Part shown: piece after piece, positions 30,681 to 39,990 of the stretch | Position numbering within the stretch: the stretch's first letter is position 1 | Layout: each line of letters begins with the position of its first letter | From: a virus | Length of the DNA stretch: 64,000 bases | Reading direction: 5' to 3' (one strand) | IMG/VR virus record: IMGVR_UViG_3300025598_002228 | Location: 5,029-69,028 of that record | Program-made: the position numbers and the translations under genes | The notes under the pieces: generated by a model | Databases searched by the model: none | Seen by the model: only the letters and a program-made list of their open reading frames with translations | Told to the model about the DNA's origin: nothing

Positions 30681-31489
30681 TATTTTACAATTTTAAAGTT
30701 AGTCCTATCAAATTTTTCTACAAATTCTTTCAGTTCTTTCCATCTTGCCATATTAAAATCAGATGGTGTCCTGTAAAATACTTTGCAAAATGCTCTCGCC
30801 CCTTCTTGTCTTGGAAAGCCAAGACCACAATATATCAGTAATGCATTATGGTCAGCTTCAAACTCATCACTGTGTACTTCATTCAAATAGAAATGGGAAA
30901 ATTCATGTAACAAAATGGCAATAGTTTCGGGTATTGTATATTCCTTTACATACTTCTTAGCCAATTCCATTACGCCATTATGATTATTAACCCTCATAGA
31001 AGTTTTACGTGGTTTACCGTCATCTCCTATTATCTCATCTACGTAATGAATAACAAATCTTCCGTCATCAGACTTGTATATACTTCGGTTCTTACCTTCA
31101 TCACTATGAGTTGATAAATAGTTTTTACACTCGGCAAACTCCTTAGCAAACTTTATAAAGCTCTTTAAGGTTTTATTGCTTGTCTCATATACATCGAGGT
31201 TAGCCGTAAATGGAACTTTTTTAATACCGCCTATCTTAAATCCCTTATCCCTATTTCTTTTATCTTTTACGCTTGCATTCCATATGCTTATTACCCCATC
31301 TTTAGGGCATAAAGGCAATCTTATATCAATTACCCTTGACCCATCTACCCATGTTTTAGAATAGGTATAAAAGGTATCACGGCATTTAGCAGAATAAACA
31401 GCAACTCCTATCAACATCTTTTGAGGTGTCTTAATATTTACCTTGAACATGCAAGGTCGCTTGAAGGGGTTTTGAATGTTTATCTCCAC
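30680..31489 (-). CDS. Zincin metallopeptidase (HEXXH)
   Basis: ILLHEFSHFYL...DEFEADHNAL. Confidence 0.7.
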   Translation of the reverse strand: MEINIQNPFKRPCMFKVNIKTPQKMLIGVAVYSAKCRDTFYTYSKTWVDGSRVIDIRLPLCPKDGVISIWNASVKDKRNRDKGFKIGGIKKVPFTANLDVYETSNKTLKSFIKFAKEFAECKNYLSTHSDEGKNRSIYKSDDGRFVIHYVDEIIGDDGKPRKTSMRVNNHNGVMELAKKYVKEYTIPETIAILLHEFSHFYLNEVHSDEFEADHNALLIYCGLGFPRQEGARAFCKVFYRTPSDFNMARWKELKEFVEKFDRTNFKIVK

Positions 31490-33939
31490 TATTTTTGAGT
31501 TTGTGATTCTTTTCTAAAAAATAAAAATAACCCACCTGCTATGAATAACACCGTTACCCCACTTACAATAAAAAATGTGCCTTTTTGCATACCCAGAATC
31601 TTAGTCGGTTCGATATTATCCAAATTGACTGGCTTCAAATCGTCTTCTTGTGCAGATTGTGCCTCTGTATTAGCATTATCTGAATAGTAATTCTGCAATA
31701 CCCTTGAAGGACTATCATTAAAAATATCGGCAAACTCTTTAAAGCTGCCTTTAAAGAGATTAGTCCTAACAGCCTCCCTATATTTCTTTGATAAGCTTTC
31801 TGTTTTACTTTCCATGTTACTTTGCTGCTGGTGCTGGTGAATTGCTATTTCCGCTCGTTGCTAAATATATGCCTGCCCCAGCAACTAATACCAAAACTAA
31901 AGCACCTGCAAAAAATACAGGGGTACTCATACCAAGAATCTTTCCACTACCTGCTGGGCTTGGTACTGGTTGACCGCCTCCGCCTTTGGGTATTGTTCCA
32001 CCACCGCCACCACCTTGACCTTTTTCAACTGCGGTTGCTATTTGTGAGCCTACATTCACACCTGCCCCTAAAAGATTAGTTATTCCCGACACTGCTTGTG
32101 TGTTTTCGAGAAATTTCATAAATCCGCTTTTTTCGCCGCTTGTTGCGGGTGCTGGACTTTCGCCACTTGTTGCGGGTGCTTGATAGCCTGCTGGTGGCAT
32201 TTCAACTCCTACATTTGTAGATGCTGCTGGTGCGTAAGGTATTACTGTGGAATCATCTCCGTAATATTTTGCCAATTTGCTTAATGAGCTTCTTGAAAGT
32301 GTCATATCTTTTTATTTATAATTGTTTTACTAATTCCATATCCTATTAACCCACCCGAAACACCACCTATCAGTCCATACCATAAAAGGCTTTTGCCTTT
32401 CATCAATGCTATGGCAAATCCGCCAAAAGCACCTATTGTAAGTCCTGTCATAGACTTTCTTGCCGTATCTAAAATATCAGAGGCAAGATTCTTATTTACA
32501 ATATTGGCAACATCTTTATTTACCTTTTCATGTGCCTCACCTGTATCACTATCAAACACCGTTTCTACCTTTTTTACATACATTATAGGTATAACATATC
32601 CATCCGCCTCTTTAATAACCTTTACAGGTTTCCCTTTATATACAGCATATCCGTTAGGATTACCGCCAATATATTCACCCTTTCTAAAAAGCCTTTGCAG
32701 CCTATCGCCATTGGCTTCTGTATTATATTTAGGTGCTGTGAAATCATCTGTTATAAAATAATTTGGCATATTATGCGCTTTTTACTGCTGGTGCTTGTGC
32801 TGCTATATATGCAGGGGAACTTGCCCTGCGAGACATCACTACTACCACAAAACCTAAAACTAACAATGTCCCCACCCCTATCATTATCAATGTTGTTGTT
32901 GAAGCACCGCTTAATTCTGATTGCTGCTGTGCTTTCAATGCATCCGACTGTGTTTTAGCAGACATTAGTGTCTTAAACATATCAGCCCTCGTTGTCATCT
33001 CCACTTGCTTTGTTCCTTCCTGCGCCTCTTGCAGCCTCATGCGTTCAACTTTCGGTGCAGTAACCGCATTCGCTATCCCACCTACAATATTTCCTACCCC
33101 GCTTACTATACTTCCTATTCCTGTTATATCCTCTGAGTATTTTTTACTTTCGAGTAATAGCGTTTCAACCAGATTTTTTAGAAATTCTTTGTTGGCATTA
33201 TCAATACCAGCGACAATTAATTTTGCTAAGTCTTCCGATTTTATATTGTCGGGTATTTGCTTTCCTGATTTTTGCACAACACGAACTAATGCAAGCTTAT
33301 CTTTCGATAATATTTTGCCCACTTCGGACAATAAAACTTTAATAACCTGTTCATGGTTATTGGCTTTTATTGCACCTGTGATATTTTGTTCGAAATTATG
33401 TTGTTTGTACTGCATTACTTTTTATTTAGCGATACTAAGGATAAAGCAATAACCCCGAACGTGCCCAATATCATTGCACCCACGAGTAATTCATTAATAT
33501 GGGATTGATTATTGGTATTTAACGCTGGTGCTTTACCACCAGTTGATGTTCCGTCATCTCCATACGTTTTTACATTCGCAAATCGCAAATCCAGCTTTGC
33601 GTCTTTAAGCTCTTCTTTATGTTTTGCACTAAGTTCTTTTAATTCCCTCTCGTGCTTTTTTTCTATTTCATCTATGTGTTCTTTAAAGTAATTTTCAAAC
33701 ACATCATAATCAGGGTGTATGCTGATTAAATCGGGTATCACATCCTCTTTATGTTGCTTATACAGCGTTCGCAGCTTATAATAAAGCTGTATTCTATCAG
33801 AGGCTTTAGGTATACCATATTTACCAAGTACCGCCTGTGCCTTTTCAACTGTTTTTTTGTCGGCTTTAGCTATACGTGTAAAGATATTCTCTTTTATTTT
33901 CGGTGCTGCTGGAGCTTCAACTTCTTGGTCTCTGAACAT
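31489..33939 (-). CDS. Five C-terminally anchored putative virion membrane proteins (31489, 31817, 32302, 32771, 33415)
   Basis: C-terminal TM helices, abutting or overlapping genes directly downstream of the capsid candidate. Confidence 0.65.
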
Positions 33940-33960
33940 ATAATATTTATTTAAAAAGTA

Positions 33961-33989
33961 ACGGGCAGGCAGAATGACCGCCTGCCCGT
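33961..33989 (-). terminator. GC-rich hairpin terminator after the capsid candidate
   Basis: ACGGGCAGGC-9 nt-GCCTGCCCGT followed by TACTTTTT on the minus strand. Confidence 0.75.
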
Positions 33990-34015
33990 ATGCTTATTAT
34001 GATAACCTTAACTTA

Positions 34016-34756
34016 CTAAGATAGAGCCTTGCCACTTGGAGCAATAAGCTTAACTGTCTGGTCAAGATAAGTGTCAGGACGGCGAAGGTCTTTCACCACG
34101 CCCTGACCCTCAAGACCACGTTTAAGCGATGCCACATCAGCCGCATAGAAGAACCAACGGCAAATGGTATTAGGCAATTGGTTATATTGCAGTTCTGTAC
34201 CGCCATAAATAACCATATCAGTTTCAGTCTCAATCGCGTTAGATTGATACTGGTTCAGCTTCCTAAAGTTAACAACTGGGTAGGTAACTTGCTTACCAGT
34301 TGGGTCGAAGTCGTTAACATTGAGTGTTGCCGATAGCTGTAATGCTGTATCACATTCCAAACGTATGCGACCAAAGGTCAAAGGTGCAGCCTCAGTACGG
34401 GCAAGCAATGCACCGTAGCCTGATGTACCACCACCATAATAACCTGTAAAGTCATAAGTGATTGAAATTGTGTTGGCGTTGCCAAAGTTTGTAGCGGTAC
34501 GGTTCTTTTCTGAACCATATAGTACCACCGATTGTGTGGCGTTATCTGATGACGTAACAGTAAAGATATACGGCATTGATATTTGCGGCTTAGGGGCACG
34601 GCGCATTGGTTGTGCTGCTGCTTCGCTGTAATTATCATACTTAAAAGCGTCATCACCAAAAGCGTCATCCATATCGAAACCACCATCATTGCTCCAATCA
34701 CCTATGCTGCTTAGTTGCTCATCAAGGATTGAACGGTTTTTGTTTCTTGAAAACAT
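34016..34756 (-). CDS. Candidate major capsid protein (beta-rich, possible single jelly-roll)
   Basis: Higher-GC coding than neighbours, own terminator, alternating beta-strand pattern, acidic N-terminal extension, two paralogues and a packaging ATPase nearby; fold is inferred. Confidence 0.55.
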   Translation of the reverse strand: MFSRNKNRSILDEQLSSIGDWSNDGGFDMDDAFGDDAFKYDNYSEAAAQPMRRAPKPQISMPYIFTVTSSDNATQSVVLYGSEKNRTATNFGNANTISITYDFTGYYGGGTSGYGALLARTEAAPLTFGRIRLECDTALQLSATLNVNDFDPTGKQVTYPVVNFRKLNQYQSNAIETETDMVIYGGTELQYNQLPNTICRWFFYAADVASLKRGLEGQGVVKDLRRPDTYLDQTVKLIAPSGKALS

Positions 34757-34917
34757 TTTGTTGAGTTTTTGTTGTTTGTGAAAAAATTTTTACGCCTTTG
34801 TTTATTGTAAGAAACATCGCAAACTTCTTACTTTCGGTATATATCGAAAGTATCAACCTTTTTTGGGATAACACCGATAACGGCAGCTATCCTACCCCTA
34901 CGCTAACGCAAGGGCTA

Positions 34918-35073
34918 TTATCCTTTTTCTGAATCAGCAGGCTTTGGTGCTATCAAGGTAGCTGTGCCTATCACATGATGGTTAATGTGATGTGCTGCAA
35001 CTACTGCGGCAGTTAAGGCAACAAATACCAAGCCCGTCTGTATCAACATTGTTTTTACTGAACCTTTTTCCAT
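34918..35073 (-). CDS. Small TM protein (51 aa, not in track), paralog of 35099..35323
   Basis: MEKGSVKTMLIQTGLVFVALTAAVVAAHHINHHVIGTATLIAPKPADSEKG. Confidence 0.75.
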   Translation of the reverse strand: MEKGSVKTMLIQTGLVFVALTAAVVAAHHINHHVIGTATLIAPKPADSEKG

Positions 35074-35098
35074 TTCTTTATTTTTTTGAGGTTTTTAA

Positions 35099-35323
35099 TT
35101 ATTTTGAACTGTCTGCTGGTGCTGCGGCTGAACTGCCTTTGTCTGCTGGTGCTTTTGAGCTATTATCAGCGAGTGGCTTAGGTTCTACTACCGTAGGTGT
35201 GGAAAGTAACGAATGGTTAATGTGGTGTGCTGCCACTAAAGCTGCTGTTGCTGCAAGGAATATCAAACCTGTTGCCAATAGTGCTCCTTGTATTGATGAG
35301 CCTTTTTCTGAATTTTCTGCCAT
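35099..35323 (-). CDS. Small TM protein, first gene of capsid operon
   Basis: EKGS...TGLIFLAATAALVAAHHINH. Confidence 0.7.
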   Translation of the reverse strand: MAENSEKGSSIQGALLATGLIFLAATAALVAAHHINHSLLSTPTVVEPKPLADNSSKAPADKGSSAAAPADSSK

Positions 35324-35476
35324 TGTGTTATTTTTTTATGGTTAATTTGTTTGTTAATTACAATTGCAAAGTACGTAAGAAAAAAAATAACAAATTAAGC
35401 TTTATCCTCAACTTATAATTTGCGTTTAGCTTTATTGAGTATTTAACTTAAAATCTTATCTTTAGATTTGATTTTT

Positions 35477-35484
35477 TATTTTTG
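35477..35484 (+). promoter_or_regulatory. Bacteroidota -7 promoter TATTTTTG in divergent region
   Basis: 14 nt upstream of ATG 35499. Confidence 0.5.
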
Positions 35485-35498
35485 CAAAAAAAATATAG

Positions 35499-36137
35499 AT
35501 GGCATCATATCATAATGTAGATGGGGAGCAAATAAAAATAGAAACCCCTTTAATAGTAAATATATTACCGTTGCTTTCTTTCTCGGCAACTGCCGCTATT
35601 TTATCATATCAAAAAAAGAAACCTACTACTGTTTTATTATTTAGCCTGCTTGCTGGCGTGGCTGGATTTATACCAAGATTATTCCTAAACAAAATTGCAG
35701 TTGAGGATGCGAAAAAAAATAATCTTACAAAGAAAACAGTTATTGCTCCTGAGCAAGTAACTAAAACCCCTGAGCCTACTCCTAATGCTGTTCTTGCAAT
35801 AGATACCCCTAAAATAATATTGCTATTAGAATCTGTTGCTGGGAAAAATAAAACCTTGCAAAATTTCCTTCCCAAGAAAGATTATTTTACTAAGGTTATT
35901 GATTCTTTTTCACAACAACAAAAAGATGCTGCCTTTGAAATCGTAACCGCAGTAAACGCTTTACCTGAAAAGCCATCTGATGATGATATAGGAGAAATGA
36001 TGGATAAAATGGCTTCTTTAGAATTTAAATATGGCAAAGAATTTATTGATAGCTTAAATTCAAAACTTCAAAAAATAAGTGCGAGTATTAGCCAACCTAA
36101 TACTCAGGAAGATACACTCTTAAATGCTGCCGTATAA
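35499..36137 (+). CDS. Two-TM membrane protein
   Basis: Two N-terminal hydrophobic helices, helical C-terminal domain. Confidence 0.6.
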   Translation: MASYHNVDGEQIKIETPLIVNILPLLSFSATAAILSYQKKKPTTVLLFSLLAGVAGFIPRLFLNKIAVEDAKKNNLTKKTVIAPEQVTKTPEPTPNAVLAIDTPKIILLLESVAGKNKTLQNFLPKKDYFTKVIDSFSQQQKDAAFEIVTAVNALPEKPSDDDIGEMMDKMASLEFKYGKEFIDSLNSKLQKISASISQPNTQEDTLLNAAV

Positions 36138-36838
36138 TGTTAGAGTGGCTCACCGATATAGTACCAAATGCTTATGACCTTGAAAATCTTTTTGGTCGTG
36201 CTAAGGGCTTTGGTATGTCTAATCCGTTTGTAGTAAATATATCTACTACTCCTACTTATGTTAATAGCGGGGCTATAAATATTTTTGGAGCTAACGTTAA
36301 CCGATTTTTACCTAATCAGGGTAATCAGCAAATTGATGTGGTAGGTAAATACACAGTATTAAGTTCTTATGGTTATAGTGATTATACTGAAAATGCTTTC
36401 CTTGCTAATACAATGCAAGCACCATTTCAATTAGGTATATTGCGAGTTGAGACTAATTCACCAAGTCAATTTGTTGCTCAGAATAATGTTATTAGTTATA
36501 TTCAGAACGAGCCTACTGGTGAAAGAAAACAAATATCAATCCCTTTATTCAAAAGGTTAAATCAATATCAAAATGATGCTGTTGAATTTGACTTATCATC
36601 ACACAAAATAATTATTGATGGTGATATGCAAATGCAATTTTTTATAAAATATGCCAATACTTCATTGAAGTTTTATTTTTATCCTACCGCAAAAGCTTCT
36701 TATAAAATATTACTTCAAACAGGCTTTATAGCTCAAACATACTCTTATCCATCCTTGCCATTATCATCTGATTATTCAGCTATAATTAAGCCTAAGAAGT
36801 TAGCTATGACCGATGATGCTAAGGCATTTTTTGTGTAA
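36137..36838 (+). CDS. Paralog of capsid candidate
   Basis: SNPFVV, FGANVNR, APFQLGILRVE, EPTG, KRLNQYQNDAVE, IDGD, FYFYP match 34016..34756. Confidence 0.65.
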   Translation: MLEWLTDIVPNAYDLENLFGRAKGFGMSNPFVVNISTTPTYVNSGAINIFGANVNRFLPNQGNQQIDVVGKYTVLSSYGYSDYTENAFLANTMQAPFQLGILRVETNSPSQFVAQNNVISYIQNEPTGERKQISIPLFKRLNQYQNDAVEFDLSSHKIIIDGDMQMQFFIKYANTSLKFYFYPTAKASYKILLQTGFIAQTYSYPSLPLSSDYSAIIKPKKLAMTDDAKAFFV

Positions 36839-36842
36839 CCCC

Positions 36843-37448
36843 TTACTTTGTATCGGTTACGGGGAATAAGAAAACCCTCAAAAAAATCTCTGGCATTAAG
36901 CTCAATTTGATATTTGTTTTTGAATCTACCTTTAAATCAATATCCCTTTCAACCACATATTGCATGAATTGATTTAATTGAACAAACATGTAATGCATTG
37001 TTTCTTCATTATTTTTTCCACCTTTGTTTAGATTGTAAAAAATAGGCTCTGAACATTGTATTCTTGCGTATTTTTCATAGTCATGTATGCATTCAATGCG
37101 AATGCGACCTATTTTAACATCTCCTTTTTGTAATGCTTCTATTATCTCAATCGGTGTCTTTATAAAGCTTGGATATTCTGGTGTAGACAAAGTAACCCTT
37201 TTATCATATTCACCCGTTTCTAATGCTTGGGCGAGATTATTTATCTCAAACTTAAATATCCTTTCAAAGCTATTGTTTTTAATCTCCAATATATACGGCA
37301 TAGACATCTTTTGCTTATAATCAGGTGCAATAAATATGGTGTGCCTTGCCTTGTCTTTTATACCTTTCCCCTTAGCAGCCGACATCTTAGGTATCTTAGC
37401 CTGTTTTTTCTGTGGTGCTTTTGTATCTGTTGTTTTTGCTTTTTCCAT
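36843..37448 (-). CDS. Second paralog of capsid candidate with basic N-terminal arm
   Basis: SMPYIL, IGRIRIEC, LNQF...VE.DIDL.VD, LMP...RVFLFP. Confidence 0.6.
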   Translation of the reverse strand: MEKAKTTDTKAPQKKQAKIPKMSAAKGKGIKDKARHTIFIAPDYKQKMSMPYILEIKNNSFERIFKFEINNLAQALETGEYDKRVTLSTPEYPSFIKTPIEIIEALQKGDVKIGRIRIECIHDYEKYARIQCSEPIFYNLNKGGKNNEETMHYMFVQLNQFMQYVVERDIDLKVDSKTNIKLSLMPEIFLRVFLFPVTDTK

Positions 37449-37467
37449 TTTTTTATTTTGATGTTAA

Positions 37468-38313
37468 TTATACCGTACAATATTCTTTATAAAGTTTATT
37501 CTTAACTACCTGCAATGCTTGCGAAGGCGTATATTTTCTTTGATTAGTAAGAAAATCTATTCGCTTAATTTCTTTCTGCACTATATTTTGATTCTCTTCC
37601 AAATAATCCATGATGGCTTTATCAAACATTGCCCTGCTATATGCACCCCTTATCTTTTTATCCTCTTTATCAACCCAAACAAAAAACCTTGTATTGCCTG
37701 CATTATATTGAAAATCTACCATTAATTGAGCTATCTTGAATATCTCATAATCTTCTTTCAGTTTTTCTTTGGACTGGTCTACACTATCAAGCTGGGCATG
37801 AAACCTAATCATCTGTGTATTCTGCCACATCTTAGGCAATATCCTACCAATGGATTGCATTTGTATTATTATATCACAGTCCCTATGAGCGTTATTAGTA
37901 AAGAATGCAGAAACCTTTTTAGGTAATGAATCTCCGAATACGGTATTCAAATCTTCAATAAATAAGCATCCGCCCCTGAACTCCGACATCATTTTCACAA
38001 TCAAATCATCCTGTTCATCTGGCGTAAGAGGCTGACCGAAATTATTAACGGGTACTATTCTTCTTATTTCAACTACTTTTTGTTTATTAAAACTTAAAAT
38101 ATCATTATGACCGAGCAAGGGAACATTGACAATAACAATTCCTCCCCTATCGTATAATTCATATGCCCCATATTCATTGTTAGGGTCGAAGATAAGTACC
38201 TTACGCCCATGCTGCCCCCTGCAATATTCATTATATAGAGTGCGTAGCGTTTCATTGGATTTACCGATTCGTTTACGCCCAGTTACTACTACTAACTTTG
38301 TCTCTCTCGCCAT
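37468..38313 (-). CDS. Genome-packaging ATPase, FtsK-HerA/A32-like
   Basis: Walker A GRKRIGKS, VLIFDPNNEY, Walker B CLFIED, AHRDCDIIIQMQ..RILP...QN; likely start MARETK. Confidence 0.7.
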   Translation of the reverse strand: MARETKLVVVTGRKRIGKSNETLRTLYNEYCRGQHGRKVLIFDPNNEYGAYELYDRGGIVIVNVPLLGHNDILSFNKQKVVEIRRIVPVNNFGQPLTPDEQDDLIVKMMSEFRGGCLFIEDLNTVFGDSLPKKVSAFFTNNAHRDCDIIIQMQSIGRILPKMWQNTQMIRFHAQLDSVDQSKEKLKEDYEIFKIAQLMVDFQYNAGNTRFFVWVDKEDKKIRGAYSRAMFDKAIMDYLEENQNIVQKEIKRIDFLTNQRKYTPSQALQVVKNKLYKEYCTV

Positions 38314-38338
38314 TGTAATTATACTTCTTACTGCCTGA

Positions 38339-39544
38339 TTAAGGCTGGTTGCTTTCAATAGGGACAATTTCCACACCTATATTTTGCGCTTCGCTTCTTT
38401 TATTGTCGCCATCGTAAAAAGGCACTTCTCTTACATTAGGATTTGTAACCTCTGAATTAGGCATTTCAAAAGTTTCAACGAATTTGTTATTAGGTGTCTC
38501 TGTAAAATTCTCTGAATATACCGTTGCCTGCTGAGGTGTTTCTTGTGCAGGCGGTGTCGGTTTCTCTTTCTTAATTACCGTAGGCTCGCTTTTTTCTACT
38601 CTTGCTGCCTGCTGCTGGAATAATTCTTCCCTGAGCTTCTTTGTTTCTTCATAGCTCTTCATTACCGATTTGGTAAAATTATTCATCGTGCTTTTTAGCT
38701 GATATACAGCTAAGGAACGCTGCCCAGCATCCCTTACAAAGTGCTGTATGATATATTGCATATCGCTTATACCCCAACCCCTTTTAGTAAATTCCCTAAC
38801 CATTGCCGCCCTTACATCCTGAAATGATTGTGATGTAAGATTAACTGTAAGTGCTTCCTTTGCTTGACTATTAAAGGTATCGTATACTTCTTTTAAGGAA
38901 GCCTCTTTGCCATCTTCCCCTACACCGATTCGTATATCAAGGCTTATCTGGTCTTGCATTACCCATTCAATAATCTTATCATCAGATACCTCAACCCATT
39001 TTGAAGTAAAACCCCAAAATTGTTTATAGCCATCTAATATGGCATCTACAAGTAATGTCGAAGCTTGCTTTGCATCTTTTTCAGGCAAGCCCTGCATGTC
39101 TGGGTTTAATTTTTGCGGTTGCGGAGCGGTTGTTTGTGCGCCTCCATTATTGATAGGTGGCTGAGATTCACCTGACATGGTATTACTCCCAGCATTTTTG
39201 TTAGGCGGTGGTGGCGGAGGCATTGTAATCTTAGGTTCGGGCACTCTTTCAATTATTTGTTCATTACCGCTTGCTTCTAAGCCTGCCTTTGTTGCATAAT
39301 CCCTTTTTTTGGTCTCACCCTGCAAAGGATTATATTCGTCTCCTATTTTATGCGGGTCATCATTCACTGTAGGGGGAGTGGTATTCGATTCAATTATTTC
39401 TGCATCGGTAATACTGCTATTATCATTAATATTTGTCATTGTTTCGTTGTTATCGGTTATCTCTTCATTATCCATTTGCGGTATATTGTCCTCATCAAAT
39501 ACCGATGGCTGCTTTCTGCCGTTTGTTTTAATCCCTCTTGCCAT
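38339..39544 (-). CDS. Hypothetical protein upstream of ATPase (acidic/Pro-rich arms)
   Basis: 401 aa ORF. Confidence 0.65.
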   Translation of the reverse strand: MARGIKTNGRKQPSVFDEDNIPQMDNEEITDNNETMTNINDNSSITDAEIIESNTTPPTVNDDPHKIGDEYNPLQGETKKRDYATKAGLEASGNEQIIERVPEPKITMPPPPPPNKNAGSNTMSGESQPPINNGGAQTTAPQPQKLNPDMQGLPEKDAKQASTLLVDAILDGYKQFWGFTSKWVEVSDDKIIEWVMQDQISLDIRIGVGEDGKEASLKEVYDTFNSQAKEALTVNLTSQSFQDVRAAMVREFTKRGWGISDMQYIIQHFVRDAGQRSLAVYQLKSTMNNFTKSVMKSYEETKKLREELFQQQAARVEKSEPTVIKKEKPTPPAQETPQQATVYSENFTETPNNKFVETFEMPNSEVTNPNVREVPFYDGDNKRSEAQNIGVEIVPIESNQP

Positions 39545-39547
39545 GTC

Positions 39548-39982
39548 CTATAAATAATCTTTATTTTTTAAATTTTCAATTACTTTGTCATATAACCGCA
39601 ACGTAACAACATCAATCCTATTATTTCTATCTAAACTTTTTATATACTTAATCCTGCGCGATACATTTGATTCGTGTATATCAAAAATTTCCTTTATTTT
39701 TTTTAGCTCGAACCTATAATCTTCTTTCAGGATATAACAGATAAGGTTTATAGACATTTGTTTTTTATCATCCCTTGCCTTATTATTATTATCTTTTATG
39801 TACGCCTCATCAATTTCATATATGGAGGCGACTTCGCTGATAACCTTGTTAATCAAGATTGCCTCACTTTCATTACATAAGTTAGATATGCTCGTCAAGT
39901 TTTCTAAAAAACTTTCAATATCTATATTCTTCCTGAGACTAATTATAGTGCCAAGAATGTTAGCCCGATTTTTTTGTTCCAT
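39548..39982 (-). CDS. DnaA domain IV-like HTH protein
   Basis: VISEVASIYEI....IK.....R......ICYIL.....LKKIKEIFD.H.SNV pattern. Confidence 0.5.
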   Translation of the reverse strand: MEQKNRANILGTIISLRKNIDIESFLENLTSISNLCNESEAILINKVISEVASIYEIDEAYIKDNNNKARDDKKQMSINLICYILKEDYRFELKKIKEIFDIHESNVSRRIKYIKSLDRNNRIDVVTLRLYDKVIENLKNKDYL

Positions 39983-39990
39983 GTGTCATT

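Noticed and set aside
37468-38376. Terminase large subunit or conjugative VirB4/VirD4
   Set aside because: Only ~280 aa, no nuclease domain and no T4SS genes; motif order fits an A32/FtsK-like packaging ATPase.
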